DNA from: Bacteroidetes bacterium MED-G17
GTDB taxonomy: Bacteria; Bacteroidota; Bacteroidia; NS11-12g; UBA9320
Assembly: GCA_002457675.1 (NCBI GenBank)
Contig: NTKK01000004.1
Location: forward strand, 91,666-155,665
DNA length: 64,000 nt
Reading direction: 5' to 3'
The notes under the pieces are model-generated. The model was not told the DNA's origin and made no database searches. It was given only the letters and a program-made list of their open reading frames with translations. The position numbers and the translations under genes are program-made. Positions 40,776 through 49,612 of this stretch are shown piece after piece (the first letter of the stretch is position 1; the number at the start of each line of letters is the position of its first letter).

Positions 40776-42383
40776 CTAAGACAATTGATATTCGCTTTGT
40801 TTTATGATATATGCAAAAAGGAGTTTTAATCTTGACTCTACAGTATTTTTAAAGGTTTCGTTTGTTGGTTCAGCTATATAATTCATCCAAGCCTCAGTCC
40901 AGTAAGAATCGAGTGGTTGGTTCGAGAGCAAAATACTTTTCATGTCTAATTTCACCTCGTCTGAAACATCTAAAGGACAAAGATGTTTAACTAAGTCTTG
41001 AATCAATTGGTTAGGATCTTCTGGTTTTGACGTTTTGGAAGCTATCTTGATAGTGTCTGCTTGCAATCTAAAGCCACCTCTGTTATAGCCTGTCCAAATT
41101 AAGTATTCTGTGTATGATACTCTTTTGGGAAGTGTGTCGGTGTTTATCCATAATTCGTGAAATGAGGGCATTTGATGGTAAGCTGGCCAACCAGAAACAG
41201 AAGGCGGATTACCTATGGTCTGTTGTAAAATTGAAGACAAATAATAAATATAACCCCACATTCTATAGGTATTTTCTATATCGTCTTCAATCCTTGGGAA
41301 TTCTATTTCAAATTGACGGCAAAAACCAGCCAAATAATCTAGTGGGCTTTTAATCATACAAGCCCTATTGGCGGTATCAAAAAAATGCTCACTTTCGAGC
41401 ATTGTCTTCATTAAAAGCTTTATATCAAAGTTATTGTCAAAGAAAATATCTGCCAATGGCTCAATAAAGTTTGCTTCCGTGGTTTCATCAATTTCGTAAT
41501 AGATAAACCAAACATACAAGCGCCGAACCAAAAATCTAGCCACTTCTTTTTTGGCAAATATCATATTGACTAAATCATCAATTTCTTTCTCAGCATCTTC
41601 TTGAGAACTTCCCGCTCTTAGCAAGTAGTTATTATAAAATTTAGAGAATACTTTATTCTTATCATAATGTCTAGATTCGGTAAAATATACCTCTCCTGTT
41701 TTATAATTTATTCTCCAACCAGTCAATACTTTAGCGGCTTCAATAATATCACTTTCGGTATAGTTTGCCTGTTCACCCTTCCCCAATGTAAATAGTTCTT
41801 GTAGCTCTCTTGCATAGTTTTCATCCGGTGCTTTTGCTTGATTTTTTTCACCATTTAAGTACCTAAGCATGGCTTTATCCAATGTCATTTTTTTTACCAA
41901 CCCTTTAAAATCACCTAAACAATTTTCTCTAAGAAGCTTGGTATGTTCAAAACCAAAATAAGCATAGGCGAAAATGGAAGATTCTGTTGCAAAATGATTG
42001 TGCCAAAAGAGGGTCATTTTTTCTCTAATATTAAAATTTTGATTGATACAATTACCTATCCAATCCCAAGCCCAGCTGTTTCTCCTTTGAGAATTAAATT
42101 GACCCCCAAAAGTGTCATTTACCCATGTCTTACCTAATGGTACATTCGGGTCATTATTGTTATCATTTTGATAATAGTTAAGTGGTGGTGATGGAAGGCT
42201 TACTGAATCATCAAGGATTTCATTTATGGCATCTGATAAGTTTTTATTTTCTAAGTATTTTAAATCTCTAAATGTGGCACCAAACAAGGTTCTTCTTAGC
42301 AAATGCAATTTTGCAGCATCATCCCACGGACCGTTATATTTATTTATACCGGCATGTGTTCTTGCAGTCTTTTGAATACTCAT
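40776..42383 (-). CDS. DUF1800 family protein
   Basis: HLLRRTLFG, REKMTLFWHNHF, MLRYLNG, DENYARELQELFTLG, PPSVSGW; ATG at 42383 avoids overlap with the upstream permease gene. Confidence 0.92.
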   Translation of the reverse strand: MSIQKTARTHAGINKYNGPWDDAAKLHLLRRTLFGATFRDLKYLENKNLSDAINEILDDSVSLPSPPLNYYQNDNNNDPNVPLGKTWVNDTFGGQFNSQRRNSWAWDWIGNCINQNFNIREKMTLFWHNHFATESSIFAYAYFGFEHTKLLRENCLGDFKGLVKKMTLDKAMLRYLNGEKNQAKAPDENYARELQELFTLGKGEQANYTESDIIEAAKVLTGWRINYKTGEVYFTESRHYDKNKVFSKFYNNYLLRAGSSQEDAEKEIDDLVNMIFAKKEVARFLVRRLYVWFIYYEIDETTEANFIEPLADIFFDNNFDIKLLMKTMLESEHFFDTANRACMIKSPLDYLAGFCRQFEIEFPRIEDDIENTYRMWGYIYYLSSILQQTIGNPPSVSGWPAYHQMPSFHELWINTDTLPKRVSYTEYLIWTGYNRGGFRLQADTIKIASKTSKPEDPNQLIQDLVKHLCPLDVSDEVKLDMKSILLSNQPLDSYWTEAWMNYIAEPTNETFKNTVESRLKLLFAYIIKQSEYQLS

Positions 42384-42412
42384 AAAACCCGATTTTTTTT
42401 TAAATATACAAA

Positions 42413-43513
42413 TTATTTTTGAGTACGCTGAAGAAGACGTAGGGCAATCAATCCGAAAATAATATTTGGCAACCAAACAGCTGTAAGAGGAGGTAAAGTA
42501 CCTTTGGCTCCATAAGAGTTGAAAAATTGCATGGCAAAAAGAAAAGCGAAACTTATAAGGAGTCCTTTGCCCAAGTGAAGACCTACACCACCTCTCTGCT
42601 TTACGCTTGAAACACTCACACCTATAAGGGTTAAGATAATGATAGAAACAGGAGAAGCAATTCGTCGATATTTTTCTGTCAAATAAAAAAATATGTTATT
42701 TGAACTCCTCGCTCGCTCGATTTTTATCATCTGATTGATTTCAGAATTGCTAAAGGACTGGACATCATCGTCCATCATAAATATTTCATCAGGATTGATT
42801 GGAATGAGCGTGTCTTTAAAGGCTAGTTTGGTTAGTCTTTGTATTCCATCGTCATAAAAAATCCTTTCAACAAAATTGTGCAGGCGCCATTTTTGTGTTT
42901 TAGGTTCCCATGTGAGTTTATCAGCCATTATCCTTGAAGCCAATTCTCCGTTTTCAAAATGTTCCAGAGAAACTTTCAATCCCAAACTATCTAAATACCT
43001 AAAATTTTCAAAAGAAATTACATCATTGGCTGTTAAAGGTAGTTTAATATTTTGCTTAAAATCAAAACTTCTATCACGAATAACGGTGTTCTCAAAAGTC
43101 AACCTTTTTTTTTCTGAAATAGGTATTAGATAACCATTCAAGTAATACGAACAACAGGCAATCAAAAAAGCTATAACCAAATAAGGCCTCAAAAATCTTG
43201 CATAAGAAACACCTGAAGAAAGTATGGCAACTATTTCACTGCGGAAAGCCAAACGAGAAGTGAAAAATATAACAGTGATAAAAACAAAGAGCGGGCTAAA
43301 CATATTGAGTAAAAAAGGGATGAAATTGGCATAATGAACCAATAATATTTCTCGCAGCGTAACCTCTTTGGAAACAAATTCATCAATTTTTTCAGCCACG
43401 TCAAACACCACAATGATTACCGTAAATAAGCCTAAAGCCATCAAAAAGGTACCCAACATTTTTTTGATGATATACCTGTCTAATTTTGTAAGAAAGTTTG
43501 TTATCCGTCTCAA
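42413..43513 (-). CDS. LptF/LptG family LPS export permease
   Basis: LDRYIIKK, SEIVAILSSGVS, AVWLPNIIF. Confidence 0.92.
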   Translation of the reverse strand: MRRITNFLTKLDRYIIKKMLGTFLMALGLFTVIIVVFDVAEKIDEFVSKEVTLREILLVHYANFIPFLLNMFSPLFVFITVIFFTSRLAFRSEIVAILSSGVSYARFLRPYLVIAFLIACCSYYLNGYLIPISEKKRLTFENTVIRDRSFDFKQNIKLPLTANDVISFENFRYLDSLGLKVSLEHFENGELASRIMADKLTWEPKTQKWRLHNFVERIFYDDGIQRLTKLAFKDTLIPINPDEIFMMDDDVQSFSNSEINQMIKIERARSSNNIFFYLTEKYRRIASPVSIIILTLIGVSVSSVKQRGGVGLHLGKGLLISFAFLFAMQFFNSYGAKGTLPPLTAVWLPNIIFGLIALRLLQRTQK

Positions 43514-43869
43514 TCCAACTTATTCTTTAGCGTCTTAAATGCTTTAATATACATCTGGATTATTTGTTCTGTCTCTGCAATAAGTGGGTCAATAATTTTG
43601 CTGTCTAACATTTTTTCTGATTGAACCAATTGAAGCCAATAGAGGAATCCATTAGCTTGGTTTTTGGCTTCATTAAGATTGTCTAAAAATGTATGGCTTA
43701 ACTGACCTTGATAAAGCCCCATCGCTTGAATAGCCATTTGACTTGCCATTTTGATTATTTCCAAGCGTATTAGATTACTCAATGCCTGTTTTTGAGGCAA
43801 AACGAGTGCAATTTTCAAACCTGCATAGCTAAGTTTTTGTACTCTGTTTTTTAATTCTACTGGGTTCAT
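43510..43869 (-). CDS. Four-helix-bundle protein (IVS-protein-like), divergent
   Basis: ELKNRV...YWLQLV...LIAETEQIIQM...KTLK pattern. Confidence 0.6.
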   Translation of the reverse strand: MNPVELKNRVQKLSYAGLKIALVLPQKQALSNLIRLEIIKMASQMAIQAMGLYQGQLSHTFLDNLNEAKNQANGFLYWLQLVQSEKMLDSKIIDPLIAETEQIIQMYIKAFKTLKNKLD

Positions 43870-44987
43870 AATCTTGATTCTAATTTAGGTACCATTGTGT
43901 TTTTCCATGCGTAAAAATTACCATCCGCTATCTTTTCCCTTGCTTCGTTCATAAGCCAAAGATAAAATTTAAGGTTGTGTTTACTTGCAATTTGAGCACC
44001 AAGATACTCATTGTTTTTAATCAAATGTCTTAAGTACGCTTTTGAATAATTGGGCGTTATTTTTTCATCAATTTCGCTGTAGTCATTTTCCCATTTTTGG
44101 TTTTTGATATTTATCGTTCCATTTTCTGTAAAAAGCATTCCATTTCGCGCATTTCTGGTTGGCATCACACAATCAAACATATCAATGCCCAAGGCGATGC
44201 ACTCAAGCAAGTTGGCCGGCGTTCCAACGCCCATTAAATAACGTGGTTTATCTTTAGGAAGATGCTCGGTTACTAAATTGGTCATTTCATACATAAGGTG
44301 GTGAGGTTCGCCTACAGAGAGACCTCCAATGGCATTTCCTGGCATATTTTGATCTGCTATAAATTTTGCACTTTCTTGTCGTAAATCCTTAAATGTACTC
44401 CCTTGCACAATAGGGAATAAAGACTGAAAGTAATCGTAAGAATTCATTTGATTTTGCTGATGCTTTTTACACTTTACCAGCCAATCATGCGTAAGAGCTA
44501 AAGATTTTTTGGCATACTGATAATCACAAGGATAAGGGGTGCATTCATCAAAAGCCATAATGATATCCCCTCCAATAATTTTTTGAATGTCCATTACTTT
44601 TTCAGGAGTAAAGAAAAATCTTGAGCCATCGATATGACTTTGAAACTCAACCCCATTTTCTTTTATTTTGCGACTTTCAGCTATTGAATACACCTGATAA
44701 CCTCCACTATCTGTTAGAATACTTCTATCCCAATTCATAAATTTATGTAAACCTCCTACTTCTTCCAATATCTTTACTCCAGGCCGCAAGAAAAGATGGT
44801 AAGTATTTCCCAATATTATTGGCGCATTAATTTCGCTTTTTAATTCTTCTTGGCTTATGGCTTTTACTGTCCCAGCAGTACCAACGGGCATAAATATGGG
44901 TGTTTTAATCGTGTTGTGAGCAGTCGTGATTTCACCTGTACGCGCCTGAGAATGGGAATCTGTATGTTTTAACGAAAATTGTAGCAA
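43866..44987 (-). CDS. tgt: tRNA-guanine transglycosylase
   Basis: TPIFMPVGT, NTYHL, TDSGGYQV, DEC, GGLSVGE, DMFDCVMPTR. Confidence 0.98.
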   Translation of the reverse strand: MLQFSLKHTDSHSQARTGEITTAHNTIKTPIFMPVGTAGTVKAISQEELKSEINAPIILGNTYHLFLRPGVKILEEVGGLHKFMNWDRSILTDSGGYQVYSIAESRKIKENGVEFQSHIDGSRFFFTPEKVMDIQKIIGGDIIMAFDECTPYPCDYQYAKKSLALTHDWLVKCKKHQQNQMNSYDYFQSLFPIVQGSTFKDLRQESAKFIADQNMPGNAIGGLSVGEPHHLMYEMTNLVTEHLPKDKPRYLMGVGTPANLLECIALGIDMFDCVMPTRNARNGMLFTENGTINIKNQKWENDYSEIDEKITPNYSKAYLRHLIKNNEYLGAQIASKHNLKFYLWLMNEAREKIADGNFYAWKNTMVPKLESRL

Positions 44988-45680
44988 TTATTCAAAAGAA
45001 AATGAGATCTGAACCAATCGGGGCATCAAACTTCCAATTGATTGAGAGAAAATATATTTATCTCGAGCCAAATAACTATTTAAAGCCGAGCTTAATTTAA
45101 TTTCAGGTGAAAATTTGAAAAATTCAAAATATAAATCAAAGCCTAAACCAAGGTCATAGCTATACGTATTAGGAGATAATGCAACAATGGGCTTTTCAAA
45201 ACTTCTATCCGTATCTATATCACTTGCAAAATCATATCGATAATTTACACCCCCAATGACATATATCCTAACGTTTCTGTGACGAATCGATTTTAATTTG
45301 ATTAACATTGGTACTTCAAAATAGGTATTTTCCATCTCTATTTGCCTTTTGCTTTGGTCGCTAAAAGTAAATACCAAATCTCTTTGGGTAAAGTGGAGAT
45401 TCAACGCTGTCCTAAAATCAAAATGATCAGATATTCTCGCATTCATCAAGCCTCCAAAGCCAAAACCAGCATAGTCCATTTGCTCTATATTTAGGACTTG
45501 GTTGTCTAACCAAAAATCCTGACTAGGGTTCAATTTATAGCTGGCATGATCGCCAATTATTGAAAACCCAAAATGGATTTTTTGTAAATCATACAATGGA
45601 TTATTTTGCTGTGCATTTGCAGAAAAATGACCGATTGCTAACCAGATGAAAATTATTTTTCGAATCTTACTATTTCGCAC
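44988..45680 (-). CDS. porT: PorT/SprT family T9SS outer-membrane protein
   Basis: YDLQKIHFGF, EVPMLIK, GLGFDLYFEFFKFSPEIK; adjacent to menG. Confidence 0.8.
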   Translation of the reverse strand: MRNSKIRKIIFIWLAIGHFSANAQQNNPLYDLQKIHFGFSIIGDHASYKLNPSQDFWLDNQVLNIEQMDYAGFGFGGLMNARISDHFDFRTALNLHFTQRDLVFTFSDQSKRQIEMENTYFEVPMLIKLKSIRHRNVRIYVIGGVNYRYDFASDIDTDRSFEKPIVALSPNTYSYDLGLGFDLYFEFFKFSPEIKLSSALNSYLARDKYIFSQSIGSLMPRLVQISFSFE

Positions 45681-46378
45681 AACCCAAATGAAAGCTTTCT
45701 TTCTTCAACGAATTTGAAACCGCAATTTGATACAATTTCTTTAAATTTTTTGCTTTTATAAAATGTTTTTATCGAATTAGGTAAGTAATTATAAGCCGAT
45801 TTATTCTTGTAAAATAAGGCAACAATAGAGGGCATTAAGACTGAAACGTACAAGTTAATAAACATTTTACCTACGCTGCTTTGTTGTTGAAAAAAGTCAA
45901 CAATATGTATACGTCCTTTCGGTCTCAGCACCCGGTAAACTTCCTGTAACTCGCCATGAATATTAGCAAAGTTTCTTACGCCAAAAGAAATGAAGACATG
46001 ATCAAAAGATTGCTGTTCAAATGGCAGAAAATTTACTTTTTTTTGACAAAAATCAATCTTAACACTTTTCATTTTCGCCTTCTCTTTGGCGATAATTAGC
46101 ATTTTTTTTGCCACATCTGTCCCAACAACACGGACATCTGGTTTATGTCGCTTTATGGCAAAAGCCAAATCCCCAGTTCCAGTTGCTAAATCAAGTACAA
46201 AATCTTCGTCCTGTAGTTTTGCGCCTTTAACCAAACTACGCCGCCAATAAACATCAAAGCGGAAACTAAATAAACGGTTTAAAAAATCATAATTATCTGA
46301 AATTTGATCGAACATCTCTGCGATATCCTGTTTTTGTTGGTTAATTTGCGCAGACCTAAATGAAAATTTCTTATTCAA
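45653..46378 (-). CDS. menG: Demethylmenaquinone/ubiquinone methyltransferase (start uncertain)
   Basis: MFDQISDNYDFLN, LDLATGTGD, FGVRNF, RVLRPKG, AYNYLPNS. Confidence 0.9.
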   Translation of the reverse strand: MNKKFSFRSAQINQQKQDIAEMFDQISDNYDFLNRLFSFRFDVYWRRSLVKGAKLQDEDFVLDLATGTGDLAFAIKRHKPDVRVVGTDVAKKMLIIAKEKAKMKSVKIDFCQKKVNFLPFEQQSFDHVFISFGVRNFANIHGELQEVYRVLRPKGRIHIVDFFQQQSSVGKMFINLYVSVLMPSIVALFYKNKSAYNYLPNSIKTFYKSKKFKEIVSNCGFKFVEERKLSFGLCEIVRFEK

Positions 46379-46962
46379 AATTTGACCGTTCCTTTTCAAA
46401 ATTGGGGCAAATGCCCGATGAAAGGATCCCTGAGTTGGCTTTTATTGGACGCTCAAATGTAGGTAAATCAAGTTTAATTAATTTTATATGTAACAATAAA
46501 AAACTTGCACAAACCAGCTCAAAACCAGGAAAAACCAAACTTATTAATCGATACCTTATTGAAAATCAATTTTATTTAGTTGATTTACCTGGTTACGGAT
46601 ATGCAAAAGTTTCAATGAGAAGTAGACTAAAGTTTGATGAAATGATTACCGAATATTTGTTAGACAGAAAATCCTTATTTCTTACATTCCTTTTGCTAGA
46701 CTTAAGTATTGACCCACAGCCTATTGATTTTGAATTTATAAGATGGTGCGGCGAAAATGGTATTCCGTTCGTGATAGTTTTCACCAAAATTGATAAGGTA
46801 AAGTCAAAGGATATAGAAAAAAAAATGGCAGATTTTGAATTAAGCCTATCACAAGATAATTGGGATGAAATACCAGAATATCTATTAAGTTCTTCTACAA
46901 GTAAAGAGGGTAAAGAAAGCTTTTTGGCCTACCTAAGTGAAATTTTAAGCACTTATCGATAA
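46360..46962 (+). CDS. engB: Ribosome biogenesis GTPase YihA/YsxC
   Basis: GRSNVGKSS, PGKT, DLPGYGYA, TKID. Confidence 0.97.
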   Translation: MKISYSKFDRSFSKLGQMPDERIPELAFIGRSNVGKSSLINFICNNKKLAQTSSKPGKTKLINRYLIENQFYLVDLPGYGYAKVSMRSRLKFDEMITEYLLDRKSLFLTFLLLDLSIDPQPIDFEFIRWCGENGIPFVIVFTKIDKVKSKDIEKKMADFELSLSQDNWDEIPEYLLSSSTSKEGKESFLAYLSEILSTYR

Positions 46963-47045
46963 AATTATAAAAACCATCGTAAGTTTTCCTGAAAGTCATT
47001 TTTCTACTTAGTATTTTTTGTTTCTTTGTTTTAGATTTATTTTCT

Positions 47046-48467
47046 ATGGAAAAACAGCAAACGAAATATTCATTAAATAAACGCTTACCGCTATTTAAGA
47101 TTATTTTTACTTTAATCTATATTTTACTAAGTCTACATAACAATAACGCTCAGAACAAACCTTTTTTATCATTAGAGCAAGCTGTAGATTTGGCACTTGA
47201 GCACAATAATGAAATTAAAAATAAAAGATTAGATATTGAGGCACAAAAGTACGCGGTGAAATCAATTATTGCAGCTGGCCTTCCTCAAATAAATGCAAGT
47301 AGTTCCCTTACACACAACGTAGAAATACCTTCTGCCGTTTTTCCCGACTTCATCACACCTTCCATTTACAATGTTTTGATAGATGAAGGTCTATTATCTA
47401 ATTCGCAATTTAAACCTGGCGCTGGAGGACAAGCAGTCCAATTTGGCGCTCCATCTCAAATAGTAGGCACCATCAACTTGAATCAGTTGGTTTTTGATGG
47501 CCGTTACTTTTTAGGTCTCAAAGCGGCAAAAGAAGTAGTCCAAATGACCAAACTTCTCGCAATACAAACAGAATTAGAAGTGAAAGAACAGACTATGAAA
47601 AACTATTTCCGAGTTTTGCTACTTGAGAAAAATTTAACCCTGTTGAAAAAAAGTAAAAATTTAGTCTCTAACCTTTATGATCAAACTTCGGCCATGTATG
47701 TAGAAGGAATGACAGAAAAGTTGGATGTAGACAGACTATTACTCAGTAAAAATAATATCGAAAACCAAATAAGAACAATTACAGCTGAGCGTATTGTTGC
47801 TAGAATGTATTTGAACTTAATTTTAGGACAAAAAATAGATGAGAAATATGAATTAACGAGTTCAATGGAAAACACAGGCTTTACATCTCCTGCCTCAAAT
47901 CTCTTTGACCAAAAAGATAGGATTGAACGTAAAATCCTAGATCAATCAATTTTGTTAAATGAAATGGAAATAAAAGGTCTAAAGGTTACGAGATACCCTT
48001 CAATTTATTTAAATGCGCAACACCTTCAAAATTCATTTGCAAATAATAAACCTTTCGAAGGTCTCGGCAAAGACTGGTTTCCCGGAAGTCTTTATACACT
48101 ATCCTTGAATGTCCCTTTGTTTGATGGTTTCAATAAAAGAAACGACATACAAAAGCTAAAAATAAAATCAGAACAATTAGACAACCAACAACAATATCTA
48201 GAAAACTCCCTAAATATGCAGTATGAGTCAGCAATAATGGAACTGACCACCCAAAGAGAATCGCTGGTTTTTCTAGAATCGACGGTAAATTTGACCAAAA
48301 AGATTTTTGAAACGGAAAGAACAAAGTTTGAAGAGGGTTTAGGATCGTCCTTTGAACTGGTTAACGCACAGAATGAATTTGTTAGTGCTTCTATTCAGCT
48401 TTCAAATGGTCAATACAACTTCATTACCAAATACATAGACTACAAAAAATCAATCGGCAAACTATAA
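47046..48467 (+). CDS. TolC family outer-membrane efflux protein
   Basis: LSLEQAVDLALEHN, LNVPLFDG, FEEGLGSSFEL. Confidence 0.92.
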   Translation: MEKQQTKYSLNKRLPLFKIIFTLIYILLSLHNNNAQNKPFLSLEQAVDLALEHNNEIKNKRLDIEAQKYAVKSIIAAGLPQINASSSLTHNVEIPSAVFPDFITPSIYNVLIDEGLLSNSQFKPGAGGQAVQFGAPSQIVGTINLNQLVFDGRYFLGLKAAKEVVQMTKLLAIQTELEVKEQTMKNYFRVLLLEKNLTLLKKSKNLVSNLYDQTSAMYVEGMTEKLDVDRLLLSKNNIENQIRTITAERIVARMYLNLILGQKIDEKYELTSSMENTGFTSPASNLFDQKDRIERKILDQSILLNEMEIKGLKVTRYPSIYLNAQHLQNSFANNKPFEGLGKDWFPGSLYTLSLNVPLFDGFNKRNDIQKLKIKSEQLDNQQQYLENSLNMQYESAIMELTTQRESLVFLESTVNLTKKIFETERTKFEEGLGSSFELVNAQNEFVSASIQLSNGQYNFITKYIDYKKSIGKL

Positions 48468-48475
48468 AAGCAATC

Positions 48476-49612
48476 ATGACCAGATTTAAATTACTCGCTA
48501 TCACTTTAACCGTCTTTTTAATGTCTTGTGGCGAAGCAGGAAAAATTGAGAAGCTAAAAAAAGAATTAAAAGAAAAAAAACAGGAGTTGGCTTCCGTAAA
48601 TAAAGAAATTTTGGATCTCCAAACGGAAATAGACCTTTTAGATACCACTGCCAAAGAAAATACTATTCCTGTAAAGGTAGATACCTTAGGACATTCCAAA
48701 TTCAGCAATATGGTTACCCTCCAAGGTTTAGTGAAATCTGACAAGAATATACGAATGTCTTCTGAAGTTCCTGGCCGAATTGAAAAAATTTATGTTCGTG
48801 AAGGACAGAAAGTCAGCTTTGGGCAAGCACTAGTCAAAATGAATTCCGAAATGATTTCTTCTCAAATTAATGAATTAAAATCCGCATTAAAGTTGGCACA
48901 AGCAACCTATGAAAAACAAAATAGACTTTGGCAGAAAGAAATTGGTTCAGAAATACAGCTCTTACAAGCCAAAACAAATTACGAAAATTTACAAAAAGCT
49001 ATTGAAACAGCTAAAGTCCAACTTAATAAACATTTATTAACAGCTCCTTCCAATGGCTATGTAGAAAATATATTATCCAACGAAGGTCAAATGGCTGCTC
49101 CAGGCTTACCGTTAATAGAAATGACCAACAACAAAACTTTGGAGCTTAATCTTAAAGTTAGTGAGAAATTTTTAGGAAAATTAACCACAGGACAAACAGT
49201 CGAAATACAATATCCAAGTATATCAAAAACTTTCAAGGAAAAAATTGACGCGATTGGCTCAGTGATTGATCAAAATAGCCGAACGTTTAATATAACTATT
49301 CGGCCTAAAAATGGGATTCCATTTCTTAAACCAAATATGTTGGCCCTTGTGAACTTGCCAAGCTTTCAGGCTGAACAAGCTATCAATATTCCCACCAAAC
49401 TAATTCGACAAGACAGCAGAGGAAATTTTGTTCTGTCCGTAAATAGTGATAAGCAAGTAGAGAAAGTATATATTCAAATTGAAGAACAGTTTGCTGACAA
49501 AACCATAATAAAGTCAGGGGTCACAGTTGGTCAGTTGATCATTACAGAAGGTTTTACAAATGTAATTCCAGGAGATTTGGTTAAAATTATATCCTCAAAA
49601 AGGATTGAGTAA
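48476..49612 (+). CDS. RND efflux periplasmic adaptor subunit, lipoprotein
   Basis: Lipobox LMSC; VREGQKV, APSNGYV, SRTF, LKPNM. Confidence 0.93.
   Translation: MTRFKLLAITLTVFLMSCGEAGKIEKLKKELKEKKQELASVNKEILDLQTEIDLLDTTAKENTIPVKVDTLGHSKFSNMVTLQGLVKSDKNIRMSSEVPGRIEKIYVREGQKVSFGQALVKMNSEMISSQINELKSALKLAQATYEKQNRLWQKEIGSEIQLLQAKTNYENLQKAIETAKVQLNKHLLTAPSNGYVENILSNEGQMAAPGLPLIEMTNNKTLELNLKVSEKFLGKLTTGQTVEIQYPSISKTFKEKIDAIGSVIDQNSRTFNITIRPKNGIPFLKPNMLALVNLPSFQAEQAINIPTKLIRQDSRGNFVLSVNSDKQVEKVYIQIEEQFADKTIIKSGVTVGQLIITEGFTNVIPGDLVKIISSKRIE

Noticed and set aside
42384..42476. N-terminal extension of the DUF1800 ORF
   Set aside because: Overlaps the upstream permease gene; ATG at 42383 is the more plausible start
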